64,000 nt of DNA from Chrysomallon squamiferum (Eukaryota > Animalia > Mollusca): assembly GCA_012295275.1 (NCBI GenBank), contig CM022679.1, positions 18,352,001-18,416,000 on the forward strand, in the 5' to 3' direction. The notes under the pieces were generated by a model, which made no database searches, was not told the origin of the DNA, and saw nothing but the letters and a program-made list of their open reading frames with translations. The position numbers and the translations under genes were made by a program. Position 1 is the first letter of the stretch. Each line of letters begins with the position of its first letter. This document shows positions 1-13,900 of this stretch, one piece after another.

Positions 1-2629
1 GAATAGTTATCGATTAAGCTTTTTATAGTCATACAGAGGATAGCACATAATGCACTTTTACTAGTGATAACACAAAAATGAGATTAATAACTGACTTGAA
101 GAAGAACCAGTTAACTGATCCATTCACGAAAGTTTCCTCATTTCTTAAGTACATTGATTTAGCTCCATTTTAATGAATTTGCTTTTTATTTTTATATCAC
201 CGAAGTTTGCCTTTATCAAAATAAAACTCTCAAAGCTATTAAATTCAACATTTGCCATCCACATCCAGTGAAAGGGAATAAGTAATAGTCAGTTAATAAT
301 GTAGTCAGAACAGCACAGTGAGATCTTCAACCTTGATCATAGGGTTTTACCACACAGCTACATTGACTGTAATATTTACAGTCTTTTGTTATTAAGATAA
401 AAAGTAATTAAACTAGGGTCAAAACGAATGGTCTGAACAGTTTATATAGAATGTTTATTTTTATTTTTTTCAAATAGGTTCAGTAGCACGCTTTGCTTAA
501 GCATTACATATCCACTATGCATAATTTTCATGCATTACTGCTGCATTCGTTATGTTCGGTTATAGCGTCTGCTTTGGAGTCAAATACTGTTCACAGATGA
601 ATGCAGGAGAGAGCTTCGCTGACAACGTGAGACAAAATCACCGGTTCGATAATTTGAATGTAGCTGACAGCACCAGCTTCTTTTTTATGTAATATGCAGT
701 TCACTGCGATTTATTACTCCTGCATAAATATTTATAATATTAAAACACTAAAATACATTGAAATAACAGAACAGCACCAGACACCGAAAACACTTATTAC
801 CATTGTTGTCATGAAACTGAAATAACCGTGAGAAAGAAATTATGAAACACGGCTTAGCAGGGTAATCAACAGCAGTCGGTCCTTTTTTCTGCATTACAGT
901 CTCCCATTGGCTGTTCAGTGTGTTTATGTTGTTATCACAAGATAGATTCTGTGGGGTTTGGGTGTAAATTCTGATTAATGGTCTGGTAAAAAAATTTGAT
1001 AGTCAGTTTGTTGTATGCTGTATGTGAATATTACAGTGCTCTGAAATAGTTATATAACCCAGAAACAACTGACAGAAAGATTTGCTGAGCTTCCTGGATA
1101 GCGAATTAGTTTATAGTAAGTTGCGATCATCTGCATGTTATTATTAATATTATTATTATTTAAACTAAACAGATTTCTGTTACAAATACATTCAACATAA
1201 AAATACTTCATAACCATACATACAGGTTTAGAACATTTCTGAACTATAATTTTGGGTAATAATATTAAATATGGTTACTAGAATTATTTTAGAAAATTGT
1301 AATGTTATGTTACAGCATAACAGGAAATAGTTAAGGAAAGCTAACGGGTTATAATTAAATAATAATATAATAATAATAATAATAATAATAACAGGGAAAA
1401 AAATCAAAACCTATGAAAACATTGCATTACTTTATTGTATAATTTATTGTATTCAAAAGAGAAATTCAAATGTCTTTTTGCTCACTTCATTATTATTATT
1501 TCAAAAATTGTTAAATATATTTATAGTAAGATAATATTTCGCCAGAAATTAAGTTTTTGCACATACAGCTTATTCTGAAAGTATTTTTTATTCACAGAAG
1601 AGGTCATGATTTTATAAACATACTCCAAGGAATATCATTTGCCATCAGTATAATTATCAGCAATAATTTGGCGAGTTGACACTCTTAGCTGATTCTGGTA
1701 ACTGCTAGAATTCAGCAACACTGAGAATGTCTACGTATGAAACAGATCGCATGGAGTTTTTCATATGTTTGATCTGCTAATACTTCGATATTTCTTTTCT
1801 GCCAGGACGTGGATAATCAGTATAATCAGATGCATGTTTGATGTTGTTATTAGACGAAATAATGGTTAACGCTGGAAACAGATTTAGAGACAAATGAGCC
1901 ACTGTTATATATACTCCTCACTCTGTGTCTTAAAGTTACAATATTAGAGAAAAGAAAAAGACATAAACATATCAACGTTATGGGTACATATATACATATT
2001 TAAGTACGTACGCACATGTACGTAGATATTTCATAATGTAATAATAAGGAGTTAAGACAAATAGTCATAGCGACAACAGCCAAACGATTTTTATATAGCT
2101 GATACTAATTTAAATTAAGAGCAATTTCTCTTATGATTCACTGAGTATTCGCGGCATGCAGCTAGCTGGGTCAGTGGCCTGGATATGGGTTACAGATTCC
2201 ATGTTTGTTTTGCTACTGAAACGGCGTGAACGCCCACGAAAACAAACACTGATTCATTCATATACACAAAGGAGCTAGTTGCCTACAGACGATCTGAGAT
2301 GGCATTAAGTCTACACACTCAGATGTTTCCGATTTCTGGTTTTGTGTTCTAATATTGTTGCATTATAAATGAAAATGTAGATCAACTGATCGCTTTTTAT
2401 ACATTTGCTTTACATGAACGAATTCTAAGAACTGAAAAATTAAGTTATATGTACTGTACTATATTTATGAAATATTATATATAAATATAATAATTTTCCA
2501 GACATAAAACACACATACATACAAATCCATCCATCATACCACACATCCACACGGGCGAGCCTGCACTTAAAGTTGCTCATTAACATATTTTACACTTTCC
2601 TTACAACATTTACACAGACGTATACACTT

Positions 2630-3207
2630 GTAGCAGAAAATGGCACTGAAAAAAATGGCACCGGAAAAAAGGCAACTGGAAAAAATGGTACCGTATTTAT
2701 TTTTTGTTGTATAGTCGATTAAAAAATAAATAAATAAATAAATTAAAAGTACTTTATTCATGCAATATTGCAACATACACATATATTAATATTTAGCATC
2801 GCTCAACCACTTGATTTTTCTTAACAAAGTACAGCATTATATTAGAGTTTAATATTACAATTATCACATTATTATCACATGTAAAAATATAATGTACATA
2901 GCTTCATTCAACCACTTGGTTTTGGTCAATTCTTTGACATGTAATTACAATATTATCATCTGTAACAATTGTACTATAACTGTCTGTCATGTTGTACAAT
3001 GATACAGAGGAATTAAAAATATAATCGAGATCGAACTTATATAGTTCTGGTGCGAGGGTGCAATTATGAATTGTTTTTTTAAGCAGCACCACTTACTACC
3101 AATAACTAAATGTCAATAAGCAATAACATTTAATTTTTTTCAGGTGCCACTTTTTACAAATTTGCACAGTGCCATTTCTTCCAGGTGCCATTTTTTTCTG
3201 TACCCCG
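2630..3207. mobile_element. MITE-like non-autonomous DNA element with repeated subterminal motifs
   Basis: Left end has tandem AAAAAATGGCAC-like units (2636-2692). Right end has the inverted units GTGCCATTTTT (3144-3200). The interior is AT-rich and non-coding. Ends approximate. Confidence 0.6.
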
Positions 3208-3439
3208 ATGTATACATACATACTAGACATTTAACCAGGTCGCATCAGCTAATATTAAATTCGTGTTTCCGGTTCATATTGGAATGTCAAATCAAATATT
3301 TTTTCAATGAGCACTACAATGATGTAATAATAATAATAATAACGTTAAAAACGCGGGTTTTTTTAAAACATTTTTAAGTGTTTCTTTCACTATCTACTTG
3401 TTCCCTGTGACAGCAAAAGTTGTTTTACTTGTAACTACA

Positions 3440-4894
3440 ATGTGTGACCCGATCATGGAGAAAGACTTGAGCTGTATGTTCGAACGGTATGTCCAGCTAG
3501 CGGCAGCGGGCAAAAAATTGACTCCAGCCGAAAAGAAAATGGCCACTGAAAAAGCTATAGGAATGTTGTTAAAAGACACAGTTGGTGATAAATACAAGAA
3601 GATTAACGAATCCAGTGTGTTTCCTATACACAAAGACAAGACAAAGTAAGTAATAACAAAGAAATAATCTCTATATGAATGAACAAATATATTTCAGATA
3701 TTTTTATTTCAATAATATTAAAAGGATAATGACTGAATACCCTTCCCTGAAGTTAACAAATTCTTTCTGTTAGTAGATGTATTATTTTATTTTATATATT
3801 TGTATTTGCTGAAACAACACAGATAAGAAAACTATTTCACAAATGATTCATTGCCATTTTATTAATTTTAATCTGTCATTTTCTAGAGGCAGCTCCGTGT
3901 TTAACAAGGTACCTAAAGAAACATTCTGCTCGGTGAATTATTTCGCCGATCTGGCTGCTTGTCGAATAGAACGCGATGAAAAATGTAAAAGACCACCAAG
4001 AGATGACGAACGCGTTCAAAACGAGGCTCAAGAACTCATGAAAAAGGTGGCAGCAAAAGTTAAAGAAGATCTCCAGCTTGTAAGTTTTTACAGTGATAAG
4101 ATATAGATATAATAGTTTTACCGCCACTGATTTGATTTCGTTTCAGATAAATATAAACTATCAGGTTGCTATGGTTTTCATGTCGGGTTATTTCGCAAGA
4201 TTTATACAATCGCGTAAGTGGTTAGTTTTAAAATCCAACAGAGAAAAATATTACTACTTTAGTCATTTCATAGGCCGACTTCAACAATTAAAGGTATCAT
4301 AATTTTACAGGAAATTTAAAACGTATATTTATTTTTGCAGTTTAGCAAGTATTGCGAGATCCTCATGTTTGATAAATTAATTGCAATGAACAGAAGTTAT
4401 GAGTTAATAGGTAGCAACTGTGGCTGCCAGGAGTTACTACAATAATTAGTTGGATACAATAATTATTTAGCTATTTGAGAAAGCTACTCATAAATCAGAT
4501 TTCGATTTTGTGTGATAGAGGAATAATGATGATGATAATAATAATAATAATAATAAATTCAACTTTAAAAAAAGACGAAAATAAGCGGAACAGTAACATA
4601 ATAATGTAAATAGATATCTGTTTAATCTACATAAAATGCGTCTAATTCTTAGTTATTTACGGTTTAAAAGTATTTCCTTATTCTTTTTAAACTATTTTAC
4701 AGAAGAAAACTTCGACATCAGGAACCGCGGCCAACGTGACAGAAAGACTAACAGACACCAGTAAATATACTGGATCTCACAAAGAACGATTTGACAAAAC
4801 TGGTCAAGGGAAGGGTATAGATGGACGGGAATACAGGATGGAACATACGGGTTATGTGGGCCAATACAAAGGCCAAGGGTCGTTTGCTAAATAA
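3440..4894 (+). CDS. TPPP: TPPP/p25-alpha family protein, paralog 1 (~196 aa, 3 coding exons)
   Basis: Exons 3440-3645, 3887-4079 and 4703-4894 have GT-AG introns and join in frame (phases 2, 0). The last exon reads [63 protein letters not shown], the p25-alpha C-terminal signature ([17 protein letters not shown], GxGxGxxGR, GYV..YKG). Symbol is family-level only. Confidence 0.88.
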
Positions 4895-6878
4895 AACATA
4901 ATATTCTACCAGCTAACAAGATTATCTTCAAAAAGTTTTAAAATAAGTATGTTGAGGATAATCTAAATTGTTACTCTCATGCGGCTGGACAATAGCCTCT
5001 AACAGTTTAATGATAGATCGACTTATACCTGTATTATTATATATGCTCATTTACTACAGTATAGAAACGGCTTCTGATGTTTTTATAGCTAGACAGGTAA
5101 TCCATATAGATGCGATTCTAATATCACTGGTTAATTAAAAATGGTATTTGATCAAAATCTCAAGAACAGTAACAGTAATTTCAATAGATAATAAATTGTC
5201 TTGCTTACATTACAAGCCAGTCTAATTGGATATATTACATTCCTTAAATATAAAATGTGAATTAATGATGATAAATTTGGTGAGAATTTTTTTTTGTTTT
5301 TTAATATATCTATTTAAAACTATTTGTACTTAAATTATTTCTGATAACAAATTGTAACGTATTGATGTTTCTGTGAACAGAGCTGTTTTTTTTTTTTTTT
5401 AATTTAATCATTGATTTAAAATGTTCACAGTATAGCTGAAATATTATTGTGATGCATTAATAAGAACTTAAATAGCCGAAGTATTGATTTGATATAGATT
5501 CTACAGTGGTCTTTTATATCTAACTTTTAAAATATGATCTGTATGTACATGCTTTGATTCTTCTCACGTAAACACATTGTAAAAGATTGACACCGACAGA
5601 GATTTAAAATATAAATCCTTTTCATTGAATATCCTTATGGTAATTCTTATTCAGTTTTGCTTATATACATTTATATGGAGTTGATTTCTTTAAATATCAT
5701 ATATTATTAAATTTTATTTGATAAAATGTATATCTCGGTGTTGTTGATTCAAGTATGATATCACGACATAGTAAACATTCATCTGACGACAGTCCCATGA
5801 GAATATGCACTCTTGTTATTTCAGCGTACATGAAACAGTCCTGATTCCGCAACGTTTTTATTTAATGTATTTATCATATTAACAGAAATAAAACACGTAG
5901 AGGTGTCGCAATAATTCCGACTTACTCATGAATGATTGTAACAAATAATTCTAAATTCATTAGGGGAAACGGGAGACCGATGAACCATGGGGACCTTTGA
6001 GCCACCCCTTAAAACTCCTGACTGCAAAATGTTAGTGACATCTGTCCACCATTAATGCAACTACTATACGTGTGACCTTCACCCATATTGTTTAGAGAGC
6101 TTTGGAGCAGTAAATCAACACAATAGTTAAAAAGTAGATGCTTGACTACATTGAGTAATTTCTGTGTGTTTTGGTTACAATTTAATATTGAGGTGATAAT
6201 ACATTTCATAGATCCTATAAAGGTTTTTGTTTTTTGTTAGTAATTTCTTTTGACTTCTAAATAGTGATTTAGTCGATCAGCCATATATACTGATCTGGTA
6301 TACTGGGCTAACAATGAAAATGGCTTTGGGGACAAATGAGCCATTTTCTGAGGGGTCTGATGAGCCACTCGAGGGGTCCCATAAACAGGTGGCTCATTGG
6401 ATCGCACTGCATTTCAAACGAATGTATATATAGCTATAAAATCAATGTTATTTGATAGATAATTAATTACTGGTATTATTTGTTTCGTATATAAAAGGAA
6501 TGCCTAGAAAGCAAGACCGGAAAACTCACAGAGGTCTCTTCTAAGCAGAGCTAATGAAGAGCACTGTTCATTATAGCGGTGTAATCACACTACCAAAAAA
6601 TAATACAAGGGACTATGAAGTCCATTTTCTCGGAAAATCTCCCAGGCACACTATATTATGTGCATTTATTAAGCCTGTCTAGGAAGAAATAAGCTCAGCT
6701 GAGGTAGATTTGTTTCTGGGTGTCCTTTTTAAACCTGTTGTGCAAACTACCAAAAGGCAGAAAGGAATCATACAATTCAGTGGCAATCTTGAATAAGATT
6801 AAGCATTAGTTTAAGTCTCTTGAAACTACATTGAAACCATGGAGACTGAGTCAATAGCACAATGTGGCCTAGACTGAG

Positions 6879-7947
6879 TGTCACGGGGCTCACACCTTTA
6901 AACACCTTGTATGGGGTTTTTTAGTGCTCAGTCTAGGGAAACAAGGTGCTTTAGTGGCCACCTAACAAGGAATATAAACACTGAATTGACAGCAATCTAT
7001 ATAAATCAATAAGTCTATCTATCCACTAGAGAAATAAACTCAGCGCCAGTTATTAACACCATAATAATAATAATAATAATAAAGAACAATGGCATATCAT
7101 ACATATGAAAGTTTTTGTAAACAATACATAAAATAGAAAGAGTAAAGTTATCAATGTCTCAGCTTCAGTAAGATATTATTTTTCTTCTGGTTCGCCATAG
7201 ACATCATCAAGTTCATAGCCTGGGTGGTCTATCCCACGGTGATCTTCTTGAAATAGACTGCCCCGGAATCAGCCTCATTAGCACCTACAGCTGGTGATTG
7301 GATGCTGCCATCACAGGGGTTGAACAAAAAATATTATTTTATTCCTGGAAGGCTTTTATTTCAACATCGTGGGTGGTGCGTCGGTCATACTTGGTGCTTC
7401 AGGGAAAAATTTAGGGAACTTCGTATTCACTTTTTTTTATTTCGTCTTGTCTCTCCCTTGCAAGATGATGTAATCTCTGGTCCAACTTAGATTAACTGTT
7501 AGTCAGCCGAATGTCGGACTTTTCACCTGGTTGATGAGCAGACATTTCCATCTCGATTATGATATGCCTTCATCAGATTAATATGGTAAAACCTAGTCGA
7601 CCTACCTGTGTCACTAACTTTACGTTTTACAATGTACGGACCAAAAATTTTACTGTGATTGGCAAATACATTAATACCTTGTCACCTGGATTAAATTTTC
7701 GTTTTTTAGTTTTCCTATCAAACTTTTTTTTTTTTTTTTAGTCTAAATGTTTTTGGTCGCCTAACTTAGTCGCCTGCTGTCAGGGAGCTAACACTTTAAA
7801 CACCTTGTATGCTTTATTAAGGCTCAGTCTAGGGTAACAAGGTGCTTTAATGCCACCTAACAAGGAATATAAACGCTAAATTGACAGCAATCTATATAAA
7901 TCAATAAGTCTATCTATCCACTAGAGAAATAAACACAACACCAGTTA
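6879..7947 (+). repeat. ~170-bp direct repeat (6879-7052 and 7778-7947): duplicated terminus of the LTR-like element
   Basis: Both copies start TGTCA(C/G)GG and share CTTTAAACACCTTGTATG...GACAGCAATCTATATAAATCAATAAGTCTATCTATCCACTAGAGAAATAAAC...CCAGTTA. Confidence 0.85.
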
Positions 7948-8330
7948 AGGTTCACGTTAATTATTTAATTAGGATATACAGATGATTTGATAATAATACA
8001 ATCATAAAACACACGTTTAAGTAAGTTTGATTTATTGTTACGAGAAAGTTCACACGAATAATGTCATACGGGGAACCAAGACAAAATAAGAATCTTCACG
8101 GAGGACAGATTAAAACATTAAAATTTTAGGTTTAATAAATGTTATTGATGCAGGTTAATTACACATTAAACCGTATCAAAATAAGCAAGACAATTGCTTA
8201 CCATACTCGTCCGTACAGACAATGTCATTCAAAAACATTGGCTTCCACGCTTGACTGAACTTTCGTCTTGACCGTTTCCTTCGCTCTCGCTTACTTCTCT
8301 TACTTACTTCGCTCTCCCTCTCTAATTACC

Positions 8331-8438
8331 GAGAGAATGTGAGAAAAAATTTAACGTGCTAATCAGAGCAAGTTGTTGTGAAGCACGTCTACGACAGGCA
8401 CGCTTTCTGACAGGTCAGCGGGCATGTCCGTCGCCATT
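8331..8438 (-). mobile_element. Extremely 5'-truncated 3' end of LINE family B
   Basis: Reverse complement closely matches 24197-24288 (3' end of LINE B). It is flanked by an 8-bp TSD TAATTACC (8323-8330, 8439-8446). Confidence 0.8.
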
Positions 8439-8857
8439 TAATTACCAAATGCCAGCCCTTTTTATAACAACGCCATGGAGTTGAAAAATTTGCGGAAACT
8501 TTAAAAAGAGCAGATGTGATTGTAGTAATAATTAAAGTTACGCAATCTGAATTCCATCACTTAAAATAAAAGGAGTGGATCTGATTGAAGTAACAAATTT
8601 GGTTACCCTCCTCTTTTCTCTCCCCTTACCAACCTCAAACCCTCTCCCCCAGTGCTAGTATTGTCAAATATTTTAAAGTCGTGTATTGTAATTAGTAATT
8701 TAATATTAACTGCAGATAAATATTATTTAAATTTTTAATTTTTGGATTATTATTAGCAAAACTCAATTTAATAATTTAATTTTGTTTGTTCTCTTTTTGT
8801 AGTATTATTAGTATAATAAAAATAATAATAATTAATTAATTCGTGTATCAAATAAAA

Positions 8858-10837
8858 ATGGCCGACACAAACAAACCCATCGGCACAGTTAGCGCCGAGG
8901 TTACCCCTCAACAAATCTGCGGGACGGAGGCGGAAGTACCACGCGTGGAATCTCTTGGCTCCCCGGTCGACAGGGACAACGGAAACCTATCCGACAACTC
9001 TGAGGGGGACACGATATACGTGGGTCTGGTAGAAACGACACCTGACGGCTCCCCCCGCCCCACCCTGTCCCCAGACTGCAACCAAGTCCTCAACTGGACC
9101 GCAACTGCCCCAACCGGAATGACCATCATTCCGGAGTCCCCACAACACAAAAACAAGAAACGGAAAACCCACCCAACTGTCCAATCCCCCCCAGAACAGG
9201 CTCCAGTCAGCACATCGAACAGGTTTTCAGCCCTGGACATGTTGAGCATTACTGTTCCCCAACAGGGCTCGCATAAATCCCTCAAACTGTCAGCCAGCCC
9301 CCCTAGGCCCGCTAAGTCCCCAATCCCCGGACTGAGACGGGTCTTTTTTAATAAAAGAAACCCGTCTCTGTACGAAGCGATCTTTTTTCAACAGTCCATC
9401 TCGCGACTGTTGGACGATACTTTTTTCCACACCCGGATGTCAGATGAGGCAACCTTCATCAGGGCTGACTCGGACACTCCACTCATCAAACTGGGTACCA
9501 GTATTGAACTGATGCCCAACCCCATGGAGTGTCAAAAGGTGTGGGTCACATTGGAGAGGTGTACCAAGGAGCCTCACGAAACGAGAGTACCCTCACCCCA
9601 AAAACAAACAAACCCATCTACCACAAACGGACAGACATACATACAGGACAGAACAAGCAGCCAAGCCATACACAGACAAATGGACAAGACGGTGGCTTAC
9701 GGCACCTGGGGGCAATGCACTTTCGTTGCAGAACCCCTAAAACAGACAACACCAACCAAAACAAGGCCGACAACACAACGACAGAAATACAAACAGCGAC
9801 ATGACGGCCATACGAGACAAACTCCCCAACACTCCCCCAAAGTAGCAATAAACACAGAGGAGTTCCCGCTCCTCAACCTGACGCCGGGACGACCCTGGCC
9901 AAGAGAATTCATATACACCCACGTACCACCAACTGGACGGGCAGCCTCCACACCGCAACAACAAAACAGCACCCCACAAAAAAACACCCACTACACAACA
10001 CAAAAGGCACACAAACCAGCAACAACAACCACCACAACAACAGATCAATCCCTACGGAAACTCGTAAAAAAACAACCTGGCACGGAAACAACAAAACAAA
10101 TACTGGACGCATTAAAAAAAGAAAACCCAGACGTGATGATTCAGAACATCACGATCTGGAAAAACGGCTACTGGGATGTGCTTCTGTCTGCCACAACACA
10201 AGCAGAGCACATCCTATTCCACCAGAAACCATTCAAACTGTGGGCGTTCCAGACACACCCCACAAAATGCGCCCAGTGCCAGAGATGGGGACACAACGCA
10301 ACAAAGTGCAGGTCGTTGCGGGGACACCCAACGTGCTTCAGGTGTGGGGACAAACACCCCAAGAAAACGCCCGACAACCCGTGCCGCCAACCCACCCAGT
10401 GCGCGAACTGCAACGGCCGTCACTACACACACAGCCACCTGTGCGCGGCCTATCGCAACGCACTGAAACACATGGAGGCCAAAAACACACACACAACAAC
10501 ACCCCCTCACTCGTCAGCCATACACCCACACACACCAGCCTCCAGGACAAACACAAGACAAACACAAATAGGCTCCATCAACAACAAAAACAGCCCAGTG
10601 ACAGCCCTCCAACTACTCAGGGTTGTCACTGGCCTATTCCTAGACGGAGCACTACAAACTCCCAACCCCAACCTAAATAACAGATCGGAGGCAGCGGTAA
10701 AAAAAGCCACGATGGCGGCATGTCAAACCCTACAACACCACCTGGGAATACCGCTGGAACTAGACACTGTGCTCCCACACGCAAGCAATTACTACAAAAA
10801 CATCACCAACACCGAAAACACAAAACAAATAAAATAA
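8858..10837 (+). CDS. LINE A1 ORF1, gag-like nucleic-acid-binding protein
   Basis: Open frame from MADTNK. Three CCHC-type knuckles (CAQCQRWGHNATKC, CFRCGDKH...C, CANCNGRHYTHSHLC), typical of I/Jockey/R1-group ORF1. Confidence 0.9.
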   Translation: MADTNKPIGTVSAEVTPQQICGTEAEVPRVESLGSPVDRDNGNLSDNSEGDTIYVGLVETTPDGSPRPTLSPDCNQVLNWTATAPTGMTIIPESPQHKNKKRKTHPTVQSPPEQAPVSTSNRFSALDMLSITVPQQGSHKSLKLSASPPRPAKSPIPGLRRVFFNKRNPSLYEAIFFQQSISRLLDDTFFHTRMSDEATFIRADSDTPLIKLGTSIELMPNPMECQKVWVTLERCTKEPHETRVPSPQKQTNPSTTNGQTYIQDRTSSQAIHRQMDKTVAYGTWGQCTFVAEPLKQTTPTKTRPTTQRQKYKQRHDGHTRQTPQHSPKVAINTEEFPLLNLTPGRPWPREFIYTHVPPTGRAASTPQQQNSTPQKNTHYTTQKAHKPATTTTTTTDQSLRKLVKKQPGTETTKQILDALKKENPDVMIQNITIWKNGYWDVLLSATTQAEHILFHQKPFKLWAFQTHPTKCAQCQRWGHNATKCRSLRGHPTCFRCGDKHPKKTPDNPCRQPTQCANCNGRHYTHSHLCAAYRNALKHMEAKNTHTTTPPHSSAIHPHTPASRTNTRQTQIGSINNKNSPVTALQLLRVVTGLFLDGALQTPNPNLNNRSEAAVKKATMAACQTLQHHLGIPLELDTVLPHASNYYKNITNTENTKQIK

Positions 10838-10900
10838 ATACAGTCAAAATACACGCAACAGAACCAACCTCTAACACTACCAAACTCCTTGACATCACAC

Positions 10901-13900
10901 ATGGGAGACAAACAAAACATTAAACACAAACAAGCCAAAGGCCTTAACATCCTACAGTGGAATGCCAAAGGCCTCAAATCAGGAGGCCATGGCGAAGAAC
11001 TCAAACACTACATAACAAACTCTAATATACAGATAGACATAATATGCATACAAGAAACCTGGATCACCAACACACAAACACGAAAGAATCAACTCTTCCA
11101 AAACTTTAACATTCCAGGTTTCTATGGTTTCTTCCACAACACCAACTGCACCACGAGAGGAGGAGTAGCGACATTTGTCAGAAATGAGCTCTCCTACTCA
11201 CGTATCACACTCACGAATCACCACATCAACATAGAGACACTTGGAATATCAATACATGGCCAGGATGAAGACATTAACATATTTAACTATTACACCCACC
11301 CAGGCAAAAATCACTACAACATAACACTCGAACACTACACTAAAAGCATTCCCGCTAAATTTATCGACAACTCCATCGTACTAGGGGACTTCAACAGCAG
11401 AAACCACCTATGGGGTTCCTCTAGTACAGGCAAACAGGGGATTATCGTCGAAAAATTTATGGAACTTAACAAACACATATGTCTGAACGATGGCACGCCA
11501 ACCTTCCTATCAGACATATACAACACCTGGTCATGCATTGATATCTCAACAGTGTCTGAAACCATAGCCGCTAAATGCGAATGGACAGTTCTCAACAACC
11601 TCAACAGCGATCACCTACCAATACTCATCTCATACAACACACAAAACAACTGGAAAGAGGTAACAATAAACAAACACAAATGGAACTTAACGAAAGCCAA
11701 CTGGACTGAATTTAAAAAACAATGTCTGGAAACAGATCCTAAACTCATTCGAAGCAATAATATCGACACTTTTAACCAAAATTTAACTGACAAAATAATT
11801 AGCATTGCTTATAAAACTATTCCAATTTCTAATTATAAATACAAAATAATTCAGTCCCTTGGTGGAGTGAAGAACTAAAACTCCTCACAAAGGCACGCAA
11901 CAAACATCGCAAAACATACCAAAAACACAACTCAGCAACCAACCTCGCAAACCTCAAAATCAGTAAACACAAAGTCTCACAAGCCGTGCTACATGCAAAA
12001 AGAGAATCGTGGAAAACCTTCTGCACATCTATCAACATCAACACATCTAGTAAGGAAATTTGGGCCAGAATCAAACGCATACAGGGCAAACCAATTAGCA
12101 AGAAACACTACTCGTCCGCAACAAAACCTCCATACAAACAAAGAGAAGGCCGCTGCTCTGGGAGATGTCTTTAAACACAACTCGAGTACAAACAACTTTC
12201 CCCCCAAATTTCGAAAAATTAAAAATAAATTAGAAACAGTCAACAAAATTCCACCTGACTCAAAAACCACAGGAACAAAATATAATATTCCCTTCACACT
12301 CCCAGAAATGACAGCGGCCTTCTCCGACCGTAAAGGAACGGCCCCAGGGCCAGACAAATTCTCCTACCTATTCTTTCAAAACATGCCCACAGACATGCTA
12401 AATCTATTTCTGGAACTCTATAACACTATCTGGAAGGAAGGATACCTTCCCCTCAAATGGAAGCATGCTGACGTCTTCAGCCTTCCAAAACAGGGCAAGG
12501 ATCTTTCCAACCCCTCCAACTATCGTCCTATCTCACTAACGTCCTGTGTCTGCAAAACCATGGAGGCTATGGTCAACAAACGCCTAACCCATTTTCTGGA
12601 AAAGAACCAACTCATTTCGGCCTTTCAAAGTGGTTTCCGAAAAAACCACTCCACAAGCGACCACATAACCAGATTACAATCTGAAATATCCGAGTCTTTG
12701 TTTACTGGACAAAAAGTGGTAGGAGTGTTTGTTGACATAGAAAAAGCCTATGATATGGTCTGGAGACATGGTCTTCTAATTAAAGTCTACAACATGGGCA
12801 TAAGAGGCCCTATGTTCGGCTTTATAGAAGCGTTCTTGAAAAATAGATCCTTTACGGTCAATGTAAACGAAAACTTCTCAGACAGCTTGGATTTGGAGAA
12901 TGGGATCCCCCAGGGTTCAGTTATCGCCCCTACTCTTTTTAGCATTTTTATTAATGACCTAGCACATAAACTAGCCACTAACTCGAAAAAAACCGCAACT
13001 AAGCTTAGCATAGGATTATTTGCGGATGATACAGCCTTTTGGCGTGCTGGAAACTGTCTTAAACAAATCGAAACAGATCTGCAAAAAGACTTAAATAACT
13101 TACAAAATTGGGCGGAAACTTGGGGAGTCACCATCTCCCAATCCAAGACTGTCACCGTATACTTTGGGAGAAAAGTCAACATTAAACACAATAAAATAAA
13201 CCTACACTACAACAACACAAAAATCCCACAAGTAAACGCAGTCAAATTCCTGGGAGTCACCTTCGACAGGTGCCTTAACTTTAAACAACACATCACCAAC
13301 ACAATCAACACATGCACACAATACATGAACCTACTGAAAGTGCTTTCGAACGCCAAATGGGGAGCTGACAGGTCATCTCTCTTGATGGTGTTCGAAGCAT
13401 TAATAGTGTCGAGACTCCAGTATGGATCCCAGGCGTTCAGCGGTGTGTCTGAATACCAACTAAAACGGCTAGACACCGTCTACAACAAGGCACTCAGAAT
13501 TGTTGCAAGGGTATTCCCAGGCACACCGACGGACAGTCTGTTTGTGGAACTAAACATGCTGCCGCTGCGAATCCGACGCAGCACACAGTGTCTCAAACAC
13601 TGGTTCAAAATAAAAATTCTCATCCCCACCCATCCCATAAACACAATAATCCCAAACAACTTACCCTACATCAACGACAGAGAAGCATCACTCAACGACA
13701 CACACAGGACAGCAAAAGACTAAACCTACTGGACCTAGAACTTGAAAACAACCCGTCACCCTTAGAACCCCCATGGACAATGAAACAACTTGACATACCT
13801 CTAACGCTTAGACAGGCAGTATCGACGACGGAACACGACCCATTTAAAAACGTAATTTTTAGAGCAGCACTAAGCGACAACTACTCGGACTTCGTACAAA

